The notes beneath the pieces are model-generated. The model ran no database searches. It was not told the DNA's origin and saw only the letters and a list, made by a program, of their open reading frames with translations. Shown here piece after piece: positions 39,737 through 48,903 of a stretch of 64,000 nt of DNA. The position numbers and the translations under genes are program-made. Position 1 is the first letter of the stretch. The number at the start of each line of letters is the position of its first letter. The DNA comes from Pseudomonadota bacterium (GTDB taxonomy: Bacteria; Bdellovibrionota; UBA1018; CAIMNF01), in NCBI GenBank assembly GCA_027486675.1, contig JAIXOQ010000008.1, forward strand, positions 7,333-71,332, in the 5' to 3' direction.

Positions 39737-39764
39737 GTTTCGGAGACGGGACAGCGGGACTTGA
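39737..39764 (-). promoter_or_regulatory. Putative sigma28 (FliA)-type promoter
   Basis: TCAAGTCC-N12-TCCGAAAC versus consensus TAAAGTTT-N11-GCCGATAA. Confidence 0.45.
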
Positions 39765-39783
39765 TCTTTAAGTGAGCCCGCTG

Positions 39784-41283
39784 TCAGGAACTTGCCGCGG
39801 TAAGATCGACGGGCGCAAGCAGTGTGTTGCTCTGTATCGTTTCGGAGTCGGACTTACTGGTGTCGTCGATCCAATAGTGGCAATGCTTCGGATCCTTGAT
39901 CATGGGGTCAGGAAGATTCTTGTAATCAATTCCCCAGGTCCAGAGCCAGCCTTCATACCCGCGAACAACAGGTTGACCCGTTAAGTTGGGCAACCAATGA
40001 TTATGACGCTTTGTCCCACAAAGCCTTGCTGCTCCATCATGGGGTGTCTTAATCCAGGCTCTTGCCGATGCAAGTTCAAGGGGCTCAAAAAAACGGACAG
40101 CTTGCACCCCAGCATGAATTCGGTAGTGATCCACTATGGCGGGTAGCGTTATGTAACCTAAAATTGCGATTGTCCTAATCTTCACGCTGAGCTTTGGACT
40201 CTTTAACCAGCCGAGCAAGGTCTCAGAAGCGGCTAAGCAGGACAATCCAACTGCAAGCCATATCACCTTAATGTTGTCCCATTGAAAGGGCTGCAGATTG
40301 ACGATCAGGCAAAGTCCAAGAAGCAGAGCGCTTGTGACGCCAAGACAGCGCAGCAATCCTTTGGATTTCCAAACGCCGATGAGCACCACAAAAGGGAGAA
40401 ATGTGAAGTTCCTAAAAGTGGAGGAAAGAATGTCCTTCGAGTTAATTAGCCAACCTGGGCTGAGCCGATTCCATTCAGAAAGGGCAGGCCCGCGAAAGAC
40501 GAACAAGAGTCCTACTACTGACGCGAACGCAAAGGGGAGTACGAACTTTAATTGAAGGATACGGTTTCTTGCGTCATCGGGATTAAGAATCACAAGCATG
40601 CCTAAGATAGCAGAAACAACGATCCAGGTGTGCACATGCATGAAGGGCAGAAGACCCAAGAGGATGGCCGATACGGCAAGATTTTTGTTACGAAGGAGAA
40701 CGGCAACAAGTGCCTGAATGAGACCGAATAACATTGCGCGTTGTGGCAGTAAGCCAGCGATGATCGGATTGGCATACTCATTGCCCTGGGCGGGCCAATG
40801 AGAAGCAAACTGATTTTGAGCTCCCGGCAAATTCAGAATATCGAGTCCAAAGCTTCCGCTGAAAGCAAAGATGAAAAATCCAAGAGTTCTTGCAGCACGG
40901 TCTGGCACGAAGTCTCGAACCACTCGATCATATAAAAGGGGGAAACCTGCGAGAAGGGTGGCGGAGAGGACTCGTGTGCTTTGTAGTAGCGCGCTCACTG
41001 GGTCTGCGCCTAAAGTGATTCCGACCTGTGCAAAAGCAGCCGTCAAAGCGTGGCTCAGGCTTGGATAACGAAAAGGCTGCCCTACGGCAAGCGGTGAGTC
41101 GTGAAGCCACCAGCCCCATTCACGATGTAGGTAGGAGGAAATGAAGGTGAAGTGTGCGCCCCAATCACCCCAAACACCATAGTGCAGCGCCATCACAGAT
41201 CCATCATCGAGTGTATAGATGGATCTTAGACCTAAGAATCCAAGCAGCAGTGATATCCCAATCAAAAGTGGGTGAGGACGCAT
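39784..41283 (-). CDS. Multi-TM GT-C-like membrane glycosyltransferase
   Basis: More than 10 TMs, first loop WGDW..H, YP, LLPQRA, H.HT, WDN.K, periplasmic tail GY.GWLW.WG. Confidence 0.65.
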   Translation of the reverse strand: MRPHPLLIGISLLLGFLGLRSIYTLDDGSVMALHYGVWGDWGAHFTFISSYLHREWGWWLHDSPLAVGQPFRYPSLSHALTAAFAQVGITLGADPVSALLQSTRVLSATLLAGFPLLYDRVVRDFVPDRAARTLGFFIFAFSGSFGLDILNLPGAQNQFASHWPAQGNEYANPIIAGLLPQRAMLFGLIQALVAVLLRNKNLAVSAILLGLLPFMHVHTWIVVSAILGMLVILNPDDARNRILQLKFVLPFAFASVVGLLFVFRGPALSEWNRLSPGWLINSKDILSSTFRNFTFLPFVVLIGVWKSKGLLRCLGVTSALLLGLCLIVNLQPFQWDNIKVIWLAVGLSCLAASETLLGWLKSPKLSVKIRTIAILGYITLPAIVDHYRIHAGVQAVRFFEPLELASARAWIKTPHDGAARLCGTKRHNHWLPNLTGQPVVRGYEGWLWTWGIDYKNLPDPMIKDPKHCHYWIDDTSKSDSETIQSNTLLAPVDLTAASS

Positions 41284-41314
41284 AATAGGTCCTCAGTGTA
41301 GACTTAAACCCGAC

Positions 41315-43102
41315 ATGACTGAATCTTCAAAAGAGCAAAAAAAGTACCGATGGAACCTTGAATCTCTCTATCCCACCTTGGATTTGTGGGAGGCGGATTT
41401 CAACTTACTCGAAGCGCATTTGTCCGAGGTGCAGAAATGGAAAGGCCGATTGAATGAAGGCTCGGCATCATTTCTTGGGGCTTTTGAGTCTATGGAGCGT
41501 CTCGATCGACTTCTAGAGAAGCTGTACTCCTATGCTTCTCACCGCGCAGACGAGGATACCAGGGATTCAGTTCGGCAAGGGTTTAGCAGTCGCATTCGTT
41601 CGCGTGCGTCGCAGTTGAGTGCGGAGCTCGCTTGGTTTGAGCCCGAAGCGCTCTTAGTTCCCGATGCGCGATTTGTTGAGATGCTTCAAGATGAAAAACT
41701 GAATGCATACACGCATCGCCTCCGTATGTTGCGGAGATCAAAACCTCACACTTTATCTGAGGCTGAAGAAAAACAGCTCAGTGTACTGTCCGATGCCTTA
41801 GGCGGTTCATATAAGGTTTTTAACCTTTTGCAGAATGCCGATATGCAGTTTGAAACCGCCAAGGATTGCTTGGGCGCCTCCCATTCGGTCTCTCATGCCA
41901 CCTTTATGCGGCTTCTGGAGTCTGAAGACCGCGAACTCAGAAAAAGCGCATTTCAGAACTATGGGAAGCAGTTTGTTCAGTACCGAAATACCCTGGGGGC
42001 AACCCTAGAAACGCATGTGAAAAAGCAGGTCGCTATTGCAAAAGTGCGCAAGTTTAAGAATGCGATCTCCGCATCACTTTTTTCTGATCAGGTGAGTGAG
42101 AAAGTCTATGACCAACTGATCGGGGTGGCTCACTCGGGTCTACCGCAGCTCCACAGGTGGTTTGCCCTCCGAAAGAAAATTTTAAAACTGGACGAGTACC
42201 GGCCGTATGACCAGTTTGTTCCAGTGGTTCCTGGGTTAAACCGAGAAATCCCTTATGAAGAGGCACTCGATTGGGTTTTAGCGGGCGCGAGGCCTCTAGG
42301 TGACGCTTATATGAAGGATTTGAGAACCGCGATCGATGATCGATGGGTGGATGCCTTCCCACGGGCGGGAAAAAGATCTGGGGCCTATTCTGGTGGGTGT
42401 TACGATAGTTATCCCTTTGTATTGATGAACTACAACGGCGGCTTAAACGAACTATTCACGTTGTCCCATGAGCTCGGCCACTCGATGCATAGCCTGTTAG
42501 CTCGGCGATCACAGAGTTACGTGCATTCTCAATATCCAATCCTACTTGCAGAGGTCGCTTCGACCACCAACGAGATGCTTCTTCATTTTCACTGGATGGA
42601 TCAGGCAAAAGATCAAAATACGCGCATGAGTCTATTGGCGCATCTCTTCCTTCAGTTTCGGTCGACGTTTTTTCGTCAGACGATGTTTGCTGAATTTGAG
42701 CAGCTGATCCACCGTCTGGAAGAGCAGGGAGAGCCCCTCACAGCAGAACGCCTATCGGGAGAGTATCGAGCATTAAATACGAAGTTCCATGGGGAGTCCG
42801 TGATTTTAGACCCTGAAGTTGATGTGGAGTGGGCGCGCATTCCACACTTTTATTACAATTTCTATGTCTATAAGTATGCGACGTCCTTTGCGGCCGCTCA
42901 GTACTTCGCACGTGCCATTTACTCCGGGGACAAGACCGTTCTCAAGAATTATTTAGAATTCTTAAACTCCGGTGGGAGTGACGATCCGTTGAAACTTCTT
43001 AAAAAAGCCGGAGTAGATCTTGAGTCCCCTGAAATTCTCACAGCTGCTGTGCGCGAATTTAAAACGGCCTTAGATCAGTTTGAGAGCGATTTACAGAAGT
43101 AG
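41315..43102 (+). CDS. pepF: Oligoendopeptidase F (M3B)
   Basis: W.L..LY, GKRSGAYS, HELGHSMHS, AEVAST.NE, WARIPHFYYNFYVYKYAT. Confidence 0.95.
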   Translation: MTESSKEQKKYRWNLESLYPTLDLWEADFNLLEAHLSEVQKWKGRLNEGSASFLGAFESMERLDRLLEKLYSYASHRADEDTRDSVRQGFSSRIRSRASQLSAELAWFEPEALLVPDARFVEMLQDEKLNAYTHRLRMLRRSKPHTLSEAEEKQLSVLSDALGGSYKVFNLLQNADMQFETAKDCLGASHSVSHATFMRLLESEDRELRKSAFQNYGKQFVQYRNTLGATLETHVKKQVAIAKVRKFKNAISASLFSDQVSEKVYDQLIGVAHSGLPQLHRWFALRKKILKLDEYRPYDQFVPVVPGLNREIPYEEALDWVLAGARPLGDAYMKDLRTAIDDRWVDAFPRAGKRSGAYSGGCYDSYPFVLMNYNGGLNELFTLSHELGHSMHSLLARRSQSYVHSQYPILLAEVASTTNEMLLHFHWMDQAKDQNTRMSLLAHLFLQFRSTFFRQTMFAEFEQLIHRLEEQGEPLTAERLSGEYRALNTKFHGESVILDPEVDVEWARIPHFYYNFYVYKYATSFAAAQYFARAIYSGDKTVLKNYLEFLNSGGSDDPLKLLKKAGVDLESPEILTAAVREFKTALDQFESDLQK

Positions 43103-44580
43103 ACGCTTTGCAGGTGTAGTTTTTTTCCAAACGGTAACTTGGCCAATGGGCGAAGGAGTAGTGGGGGGATCGCACTCGTCTTCTCTTTGCATTCGTTTGC
43201 TTCCAGGGCCTCTAGGATGCCCTCCCGTGCAGGATCAAAGTAAGGGATGTCAACCATCACATAACTTGGACCATTTTGTGATTTAATACTCATACGAAGG
43301 TCTTCTCCGGTTCCATAGGGGATCAATGGTTTACCCGGGACATCATAGAAACGAAAAGAGGAAGTGGGATCAGGCCTAAAGTTGAGGTTGGAAATCCAGT
43401 CGGGCGCGCCGGGTGCATCGAGCGAATGAGCTGCGACATAAGGCCACACTTTGAATGCCGAGGCTCGAAGCGAGGAGACAAAAAATGCGGGAAAATTTAG
43501 GGCGATCCACCCGAAAATCAGACTCCGACTGTGCTGTTTGGTCCGCAAACAATCTGAAAATGCCTGTGCAAACCAAAGTGGAACGAGGTTCACTAGTGGG
43601 AAGAGAAATCGATACTCCTTGTTGGTGAGCAACATATGCAAAAGAAAGAATGTAGTAGCTGCAAGAATACTTGGGTCAGTTTTGTTTCTCCTAAATAACA
43701 GGATGCAGGCCGCAAGAATGCAAAGGTTGACGACAGGATGAAGCTCAAGGAGCCATACGAAATATTGATACCAAGGGTAAGGATTGAAGGTGGCTGCAAC
43801 TCCTTGCACGAGGTTGACATCAAAATACCGGAGCGGGGTAAGAACCCAGCTCCCATACCCAATGCGATCGGCAACGACTCCGACCACTGCTGCACAGCAG
43901 AAGCCTAGTGCTAAAAATGAGAACTTCTTCCAATCGATTCTATCCTGAATTAGCCGCGCCAGACCTATGCCAAGTCCTGCGAGTGCCATTTGCGGTCGTA
44001 CAACAAAAGAGAGTCCAAAGAGGAAGCCGCTTTTTAGACTAATTGCGTTTTGGCTATTGTCCCGGATTGCGGCAAATTCCTTGGCGAGTGCAAATGTGAA
44101 GAGTATGCCGCTTAAATTTTCTGCAGATGTGCGTGAATGAACGTAGGGAAAGAACCATAGAGTTGCGGCAGTGAACCAAAATACTGACTTGCATGCCTTC
44201 GTAGGATTCGGCATTGCTTGAGACAAAGCGTGAAGTGAAAAGAGATTGAGTGCTGCGTAGAGAACTCTTGAGAAGAGGGCCCAGTCTACACCAGAGCTTA
44301 GGCCAAAGAACTCGAGACCACGAAAGAGGCCGGCCATGAGCAGCGGCTGGAGCCAAGGTCTAATCTGGGCTGCATACTCCCATGGCAACACCTCATAGGG
44401 TGTTCTTCCTAAGAAAGCGTTGGCAAATTCGAGTATCTGGTAGTGTTCATCTGGATGGTGATAACCAACAGAGAAAATCGCAGCTAGAACATGCGTCACC
44501 AGAGCGAGAAGAATCAAAAGAGATAGCTTAGGCAAGGCCCTAAGGTAACAAACTTTTCCCAACAGAGTAAAACAACGCAA
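43075..44580 (-). CDS. PIG-B/ALG9-like (GT22, GT-C) mannosyltransferase-like protein
   Basis: HPDEHYQILE, PWEY...IR, RT..E, RP, KEYRFLFP. Start uncertain (TTG 44580, or near 44535). Confidence 0.8.
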   Translation of the reverse strand: MRCFTLLGKVCYLRALPKLSLLILLALVTHVLAAIFSVGYHHPDEHYQILEFANAFLGRTPYEVLPWEYAAQIRPWLQPLLMAGLFRGLEFFGLSSGVDWALFSRVLYAALNLFSLHALSQAMPNPTKACKSVFWFTAATLWFFPYVHSRTSAENLSGILFTFALAKEFAAIRDNSQNAISLKSGFLFGLSFVVRPQMALAGLGIGLARLIQDRIDWKKFSFLALGFCCAAVVGVVADRIGYGSWVLTPLRYFDVNLVQGVAATFNPYPWYQYFVWLLELHPVVNLCILAACILLFRRNKTDPSILAATTFFLLHMLLTNKEYRFLFPLVNLVPLWFAQAFSDCLRTKQHSRSLIFGWIALNFPAFFVSSLRASAFKVWPYVAAHSLDAPGAPDWISNLNFRPDPTSSFRFYDVPGKPLIPYGTGEDLRMSIKSQNGPSYVMVDIPYFDPAREGILEALEANECKEKTSAIPPLLLRPLAKLPFGKKLHLQSVYFCKSLSN

Positions 44581-45628
44581 CGCCTAGGATCAGAATTGGA
44601 GCCGAGATGTTTCTAGATTTCGGCGTCAGAAGGCCTAAGACCCCGATACATAGGCCGAGCGCCGGGCTTAAGTGAGGGAGGAGATAGGTAATCAGTTTGA
44701 GTGTGGAACCTAAGAGGGCTCCGGCCACACCGATCCAAATGCCGTCGAGAAAAACTAACCCCAAACGCGCATTTAGGAGTCGACTACGCAGCTTAGGAAT
44801 GACGAAAAGTCCAAAGAGGAAGGCTGGCAAGAACGCAGCAATCGTCGTGACGACAGCCCCTTGGAATGCGTGTGCTTTGTATCCAAGGTAGGTCGCGATA
44901 ATCAAAAGGGGTCCAGGTGTGATTTGTGCAAGCAGTAAGCCGTCTAAGAATTCATTTGGTTTGACCCACCCTGTTTTTGCGACCAGGAGTGATTCGAGTG
45001 CTGGAACGATTGCGATACCAGAACCAAAAGTGGTGAAGCTTGCGCCCAAAGTGAAAAGGAACAAGAGCAGTAACGGGGCTCCATCTAAAAGTTTTCCTTT
45101 GGATTGATGCAGGATCACGCCCAAGAGGCCCGATGAAATGACCGCAACGGGTTCATAGGCTGAGAAATGAAAAGTGACGTAGGCTACGGTGCTCAACCAT
45201 AAAAAGAGTCTTGGAGACTCGTACTGGGCTTTACAGAGGCGATAGACAGAGAGAATGGTAACGACCACTGCGCCGAGCTGCAGTCCGATCAGTGCCTGGT
45301 CGAGTCCTTGGAAACGCTGTACGGAGTTGAGAAGCATCCCAAGCAGGAGAATCAGAAAAAATGCAGGCAGAATGAATGCAGACCCTGCAAGCCAAGCGGT
45401 ACGGAGGCCAAACTTCTTCCGAACCAGAGAAATCGCCACCAAAGTTGAAAGAGGACCAGGAAAGATCTTGGCGATCGCTACCTCAGTCTGAAATTCCTCC
45501 AGGGAGAGGTATTTTCTCTTTTGCACCCACTCGTCCTCAAGCATTCCGAGCAGCGCGATCGGGCCACCAAAGCCCATAGTTCCAAGTTTTAAGAAAAACC
45601 TCACAACCGAGCGTGTTGTTCGGGCCAT
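44540..45628 (-). CDS. chrA: Chromate transporter (CHR family)
   Basis: FLKLG..GFGGP, PGP, FGSG, Q.TPGP, FLPAF in two repeats. Confidence 0.92.
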   Translation of the reverse strand: MARTTRSVVRFFLKLGTMGFGGPIALLGMLEDEWVQKRKYLSLEEFQTEVAIAKIFPGPLSTLVAISLVRKKFGLRTAWLAGSAFILPAFFLILLLGMLLNSVQRFQGLDQALIGLQLGAVVVTILSVYRLCKAQYESPRLFLWLSTVAYVTFHFSAYEPVAVISSGLLGVILHQSKGKLLDGAPLLLLFLFTLGASFTTFGSGIAIVPALESLLVAKTGWVKPNEFLDGLLLAQITPGPLLIIATYLGYKAHAFQGAVVTTIAAFLPAFLFGLFVIPKLRSRLLNARLGLVFLDGIWIGVAGALLGSTLKLITYLLPHLSPALGLCIGVLGLLTPKSRNISAPILILGVALFYSVGKSLLP

Positions 45629-45782
45629 TCTTTCATCGTCCGGGTTTGTGCCGATTTGTCTAATTTTTTGACAGGAGTCTACTGTTCTTAAGGTCTTTTC
45701 TCCCTAGAATCCACTAAAGTTGAGCAATATCAAATACCTACGCTGGGCATGACTCTGGCAATGTAAGTCCACAGAAGGAATT

Positions 45783-46958
45783 ATGCTGTCCACCATTCGC
45801 TCACCCTCCACACTCGTCCTGATGGCGGTCCTCTTTTTAGCGGGCTTCTGGCTGACGCGCCCCAAGGCCCCACTCAGTGGGACGGTGTCCTCAGTTTCAA
45901 GCGCTTTGGTACAGCAAAAGCCATTTCCTGCACCTGCGCTGCCGAGCGTGGTCAGGGCCATTGCCATCCCCGCAGTAAACGAACCATCGATTCAAATGAC
46001 AGCAAGCTCAGAGACGATCATTCCAGTGATTCCTGGCAACGAGGTCGCGATTCCTATTGGCGAGGGCGCACCCATTTCTAACGAGCCACCTTTAGTAGAG
46101 ATTCCTGCGGCGAACAATGAGCCTGAGTTTTACGGCGAGGCGATACCGATCGCACCCGTTGCTCTTGCCGCACGGACCGATGTTCAATCGGAGGCGCAAC
46201 CGATAGTGGGAAGCGCAGGCGCTGGCTCATCCTCAGCGTTCCCCCCAGTCTTAAGCGGTGTCGGAAAGCCAAATTCAGCATTGGGAAATACCGGAACGGC
46301 AGCTGGTGCTTCTTTTGGCACCTCCGGCGCCGCTTCAACCTCCGCGGAAAATTCCGCTACGACCTTAAGTGCAACCGATACCGCCCGGATTGTGCAGCCC
46401 ATGTCTGCCGCTCTTGATTTGTCGGCCTTAGATGTGAGTGCTGAGCAGTGCATCGCAGGTGAATCCACCTGTGCAGCCCCTGCCACCGTAAGTTTTCCAA
46501 GAAGCCGCTGGTCGCTGACCCAAGGGATCCTATCCGCTGCCACTGTTTCTGCGCAGGCGATCGCGGGAGCTATCCCAGTGCGTTTTGCGGTTACGTTTAC
46601 TCTGCAAGGAGTGAGCGGAGCAAATACCCCGGTGTCTCTTTCTTTGACCCCAAACGCAGTCAATAGTGTCCCGATGGTAACAACTGCGCAGGGGCAACAG
46701 AAAATTTATGAGTTTGATTTCGCAAATACCAGTACGTCTGCAGCAGGACAGCTGAAAAACCTTCATGTGAAGTTGATCTATGTTGTGACCCAAGGTGGTG
46801 CGGTGCTGCAAGGTGGTTCTTACCTTCAGTTCGAGCGCACTGGATTTGAGTCGATGACCACGCCGTGGTCCCCAGGAGGTTCTAATCCTGAGGTGACACA
46901 ATCAGTGCCTTTCATACGAGTTGCCAGTGCAAACTACCGTGTGATGCTTGCACCTTGA
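45783..46958 (+). CDS. Hypothetical membrane-anchored Pro/Ala/Ser-rich protein
   Basis: N-terminal TM, low-complexity linker, beta-rich C-terminus, RBS AGAAGGA. Confidence 0.7.
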   Translation: MLSTIRSPSTLVLMAVLFLAGFWLTRPKAPLSGTVSSVSSALVQQKPFPAPALPSVVRAIAIPAVNEPSIQMTASSETIIPVIPGNEVAIPIGEGAPISNEPPLVEIPAANNEPEFYGEAIPIAPVALAARTDVQSEAQPIVGSAGAGSSSAFPPVLSGVGKPNSALGNTGTAAGASFGTSGAASTSAENSATTLSATDTARIVQPMSAALDLSALDVSAEQCIAGESTCAAPATVSFPRSRWSLTQGILSAATVSAQAIAGAIPVRFAVTFTLQGVSGANTPVSLSLTPNAVNSVPMVTTAQGQQKIYEFDFANTSTSAAGQLKNLHVKLIYVVTQGGAVLQGGSYLQFERTGFESMTTPWSPGGSNPEVTQSVPFIRVASANYRVMLAP

Positions 46959-47665
46959 ATAAATTCACCATCCTTTTTGTAGACCCATTCTCCTGCAAGA
47001 AAAAGCTTTCTTGAGGCTCGTTGAGAAGCTCGAAAAAGATTGAAATACTCCGCACGTGCCACCTCATTGCCACCGAAGGCTTCAATCACTGGCGTCACCA
47101 TCTGAGTATCAATCCAGGCCACCTGGTTTTTTTTCAGTACAAAATGCAGAAACGCTAAGGCGGCTTTAGATGCATTGCTCCTGAAGTGAAACATGCTCTC
47201 GCCACTAAAAATCCCTTTCATCCACACCCCGTAAAGTCCTCCAATCAATACATGATTCTCCCAGACTTCCACGCTGGCTGCGTGGCCTTCCTGAAAAAGA
47301 TCTATATAGCTTTCAAGTAGGGGATTTGTAATCCAGGTGTCCTCTTGATCTGGACGTTTCATGCCTTTGCAGTTTTTTATGACGGCCAGAAAATCCTGAC
47401 TGAGGGTGTACCTAAAGTTCGCTTTTCGAAGCGCTTTTTCCGTACTACTAGGAATCTTAAAGCGATCGAAAGCTAAGATTCCTCTTGGATCAAGCGAAAC
47501 CCACGGGATGATACCGCTATTGTCTTGGGGGAATGGGAAAATCCCGTGTGAATAAGCCTCTTTGAGGAGAATCGTATCGAGATGATCACTCACCGCAACA
47601 AGGGTTTCCCCGTCGGGTAAAGAAAGTGGATCAGGAAAAATCTTAGAGTGTTTAAGCGGCCTCAA
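46934..47665 (-). CDS. aat: Leucyl/phenylalanyl-tRNA--protein transferase
   Basis: AY..GIFP, PRG, TWIT, S.EVW, GGLYG, FSGESMF, NASK, D.Q..T. Confidence 0.95.
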   Translation of the reverse strand: MRPLKHSKIFPDPLSLPDGETLVAVSDHLDTILLKEAYSHGIFPFPQDNSGIIPWVSLDPRGILAFDRFKIPSSTEKALRKANFRYTLSQDFLAVIKNCKGMKRPDQEDTWITNPLLESYIDLFQEGHAASVEVWENHVLIGGLYGVWMKGIFSGESMFHFRSNASKAALAFLHFVLKKNQVAWIDTQMVTPVIEAFGGNEVARAEYFNLFRASQRASRKLFLAGEWVYKKDGEFIQGASITR

Positions 47666-48899
47666 TGATCATGACCGAACCGAGTCCGCCCGCTGCACAC
47701 ACAGAGATTAGCCCATAGCGTTTTCCACGCGCGCGAAGTTCCTCCAATGTTTGCAAGATCATGCGGCCACCGGTGGCTCCAAAAGGATGTCCAATCGCGA
47801 CACTTCCGCCATTGACGTTTAGTTTTGTGCGGTCGATTTTACCTGTTCCATTTTGTTCGAGTGCCTTAATCGTAGAGAGGACTTGTGCTGCGAACGCTTC
47901 ATGAATTTCAAAAAGGTCAATATCAGCCAAACTTAAGCCCGCATCTTTCAGTGCTTTGGGAACGGCATAAATCGGAGCGATTAGGAGTGCTTCCTTTTTG
48001 ATGTCGATCGCTGCTGCAGCGTATCCACGGATGTATCCTAAAGGCGGTAAGCCAAGCTCTTTTGCGCGAGATTCTGAGGTGAGCATGACAGCGGATGCGC
48101 CGTCGGTCAGGGGACTTGCATTGGCAGCAGTGATTGTCCCGTCCTTATAAAAAACCGGGCGAAGTGTCGCCATTTTTTCTAAGGTTGAGTCTCCGCGAAT
48201 ATCCGGATCTTGCGAAATCACTTTGCCAGCTGGAGTTGCCACTGACATAACGTGGCGAGCATAAAAGCCGCGATCCCAGGCTGCCTTTGCATTTTGATGG
48301 CTGAGAAGCGCAAATTCGTCCTGCTCTTTTCGGCTGATTTTAAATTCACGAGCCATCAGATCCGCACTTTGCCCCATGCTGAGTCCCGTGGTGGGTTCTT
48401 TGATCCCAGGTGCCTGCGGAGCGAGGTATTTCATCTTAAATTTTGCTAGGTGCATCAGCATCTGTGCTTTGCTCTTCATCTTCGCGATGTCTTGAAAATA
48501 ATCTGTGGCTTCATTGCTAAAGAGCGCCCGAATGGAACTAATGGACTCCACCCCGGATGCGATTCCGAGCTGAATCTGGCCTGCCTGAATCTTAGCCCCG
48601 ATAGAAGCTGCGGCCTCTAAAGAAGAAGCACAGTAGCGGTTGATGGTTGTGCACGGGATACTCGGGGGAAGACCTGAATCAAAAAGAGCTTCGCGCGCGA
48701 TGTTTGACCCCTCTGCAGGAGAGCTAACGATTCCCATAAACACTTCATCAATCAGCTTTGGATCAATGCCGGTTCTTTGAACCGTTTCCTTCAGAGGCAA
48801 TCCTCCCAGCTGAGCTGGCGACATTTTTTGAAATACGCCCCGCGCTCTAACGAATGGGGTTCTGACTCCGCCGACAATCGCAACTCTCTCTTTTTGCAT
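47652..48899 (-). CDS. Acetyl-CoA C-acyltransferase (thiolase, FadI-like)
   Basis: G.RTPF, CASS, NASPLTDGA, HEAFAAQ, GHPFGATG, CAAGG. Confidence 0.93.
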   Translation of the reverse strand: MQKERVAIVGGVRTPFVRARGVFQKMSPAQLGGLPLKETVQRTGIDPKLIDEVFMGIVSSPAEGSNIAREALFDSGLPPSIPCTTINRYCASSLEAAASIGAKIQAGQIQLGIASGVESISSIRALFSNEATDYFQDIAKMKSKAQMLMHLAKFKMKYLAPQAPGIKEPTTGLSMGQSADLMAREFKISRKEQDEFALLSHQNAKAAWDRGFYARHVMSVATPAGKVISQDPDIRGDSTLEKMATLRPVFYKDGTITAANASPLTDGASAVMLTSESRAKELGLPPLGYIRGYAAAAIDIKKEALLIAPIYAVPKALKDAGLSLADIDLFEIHEAFAAQVLSTIKALEQNGTGKIDRTKLNVNGGSVAIGHPFGATGGRMILQTLEELRARGKRYGLISVCAAGGLGSVMIIEAA

Positions 48900-48903
48900 G
48901 TTG

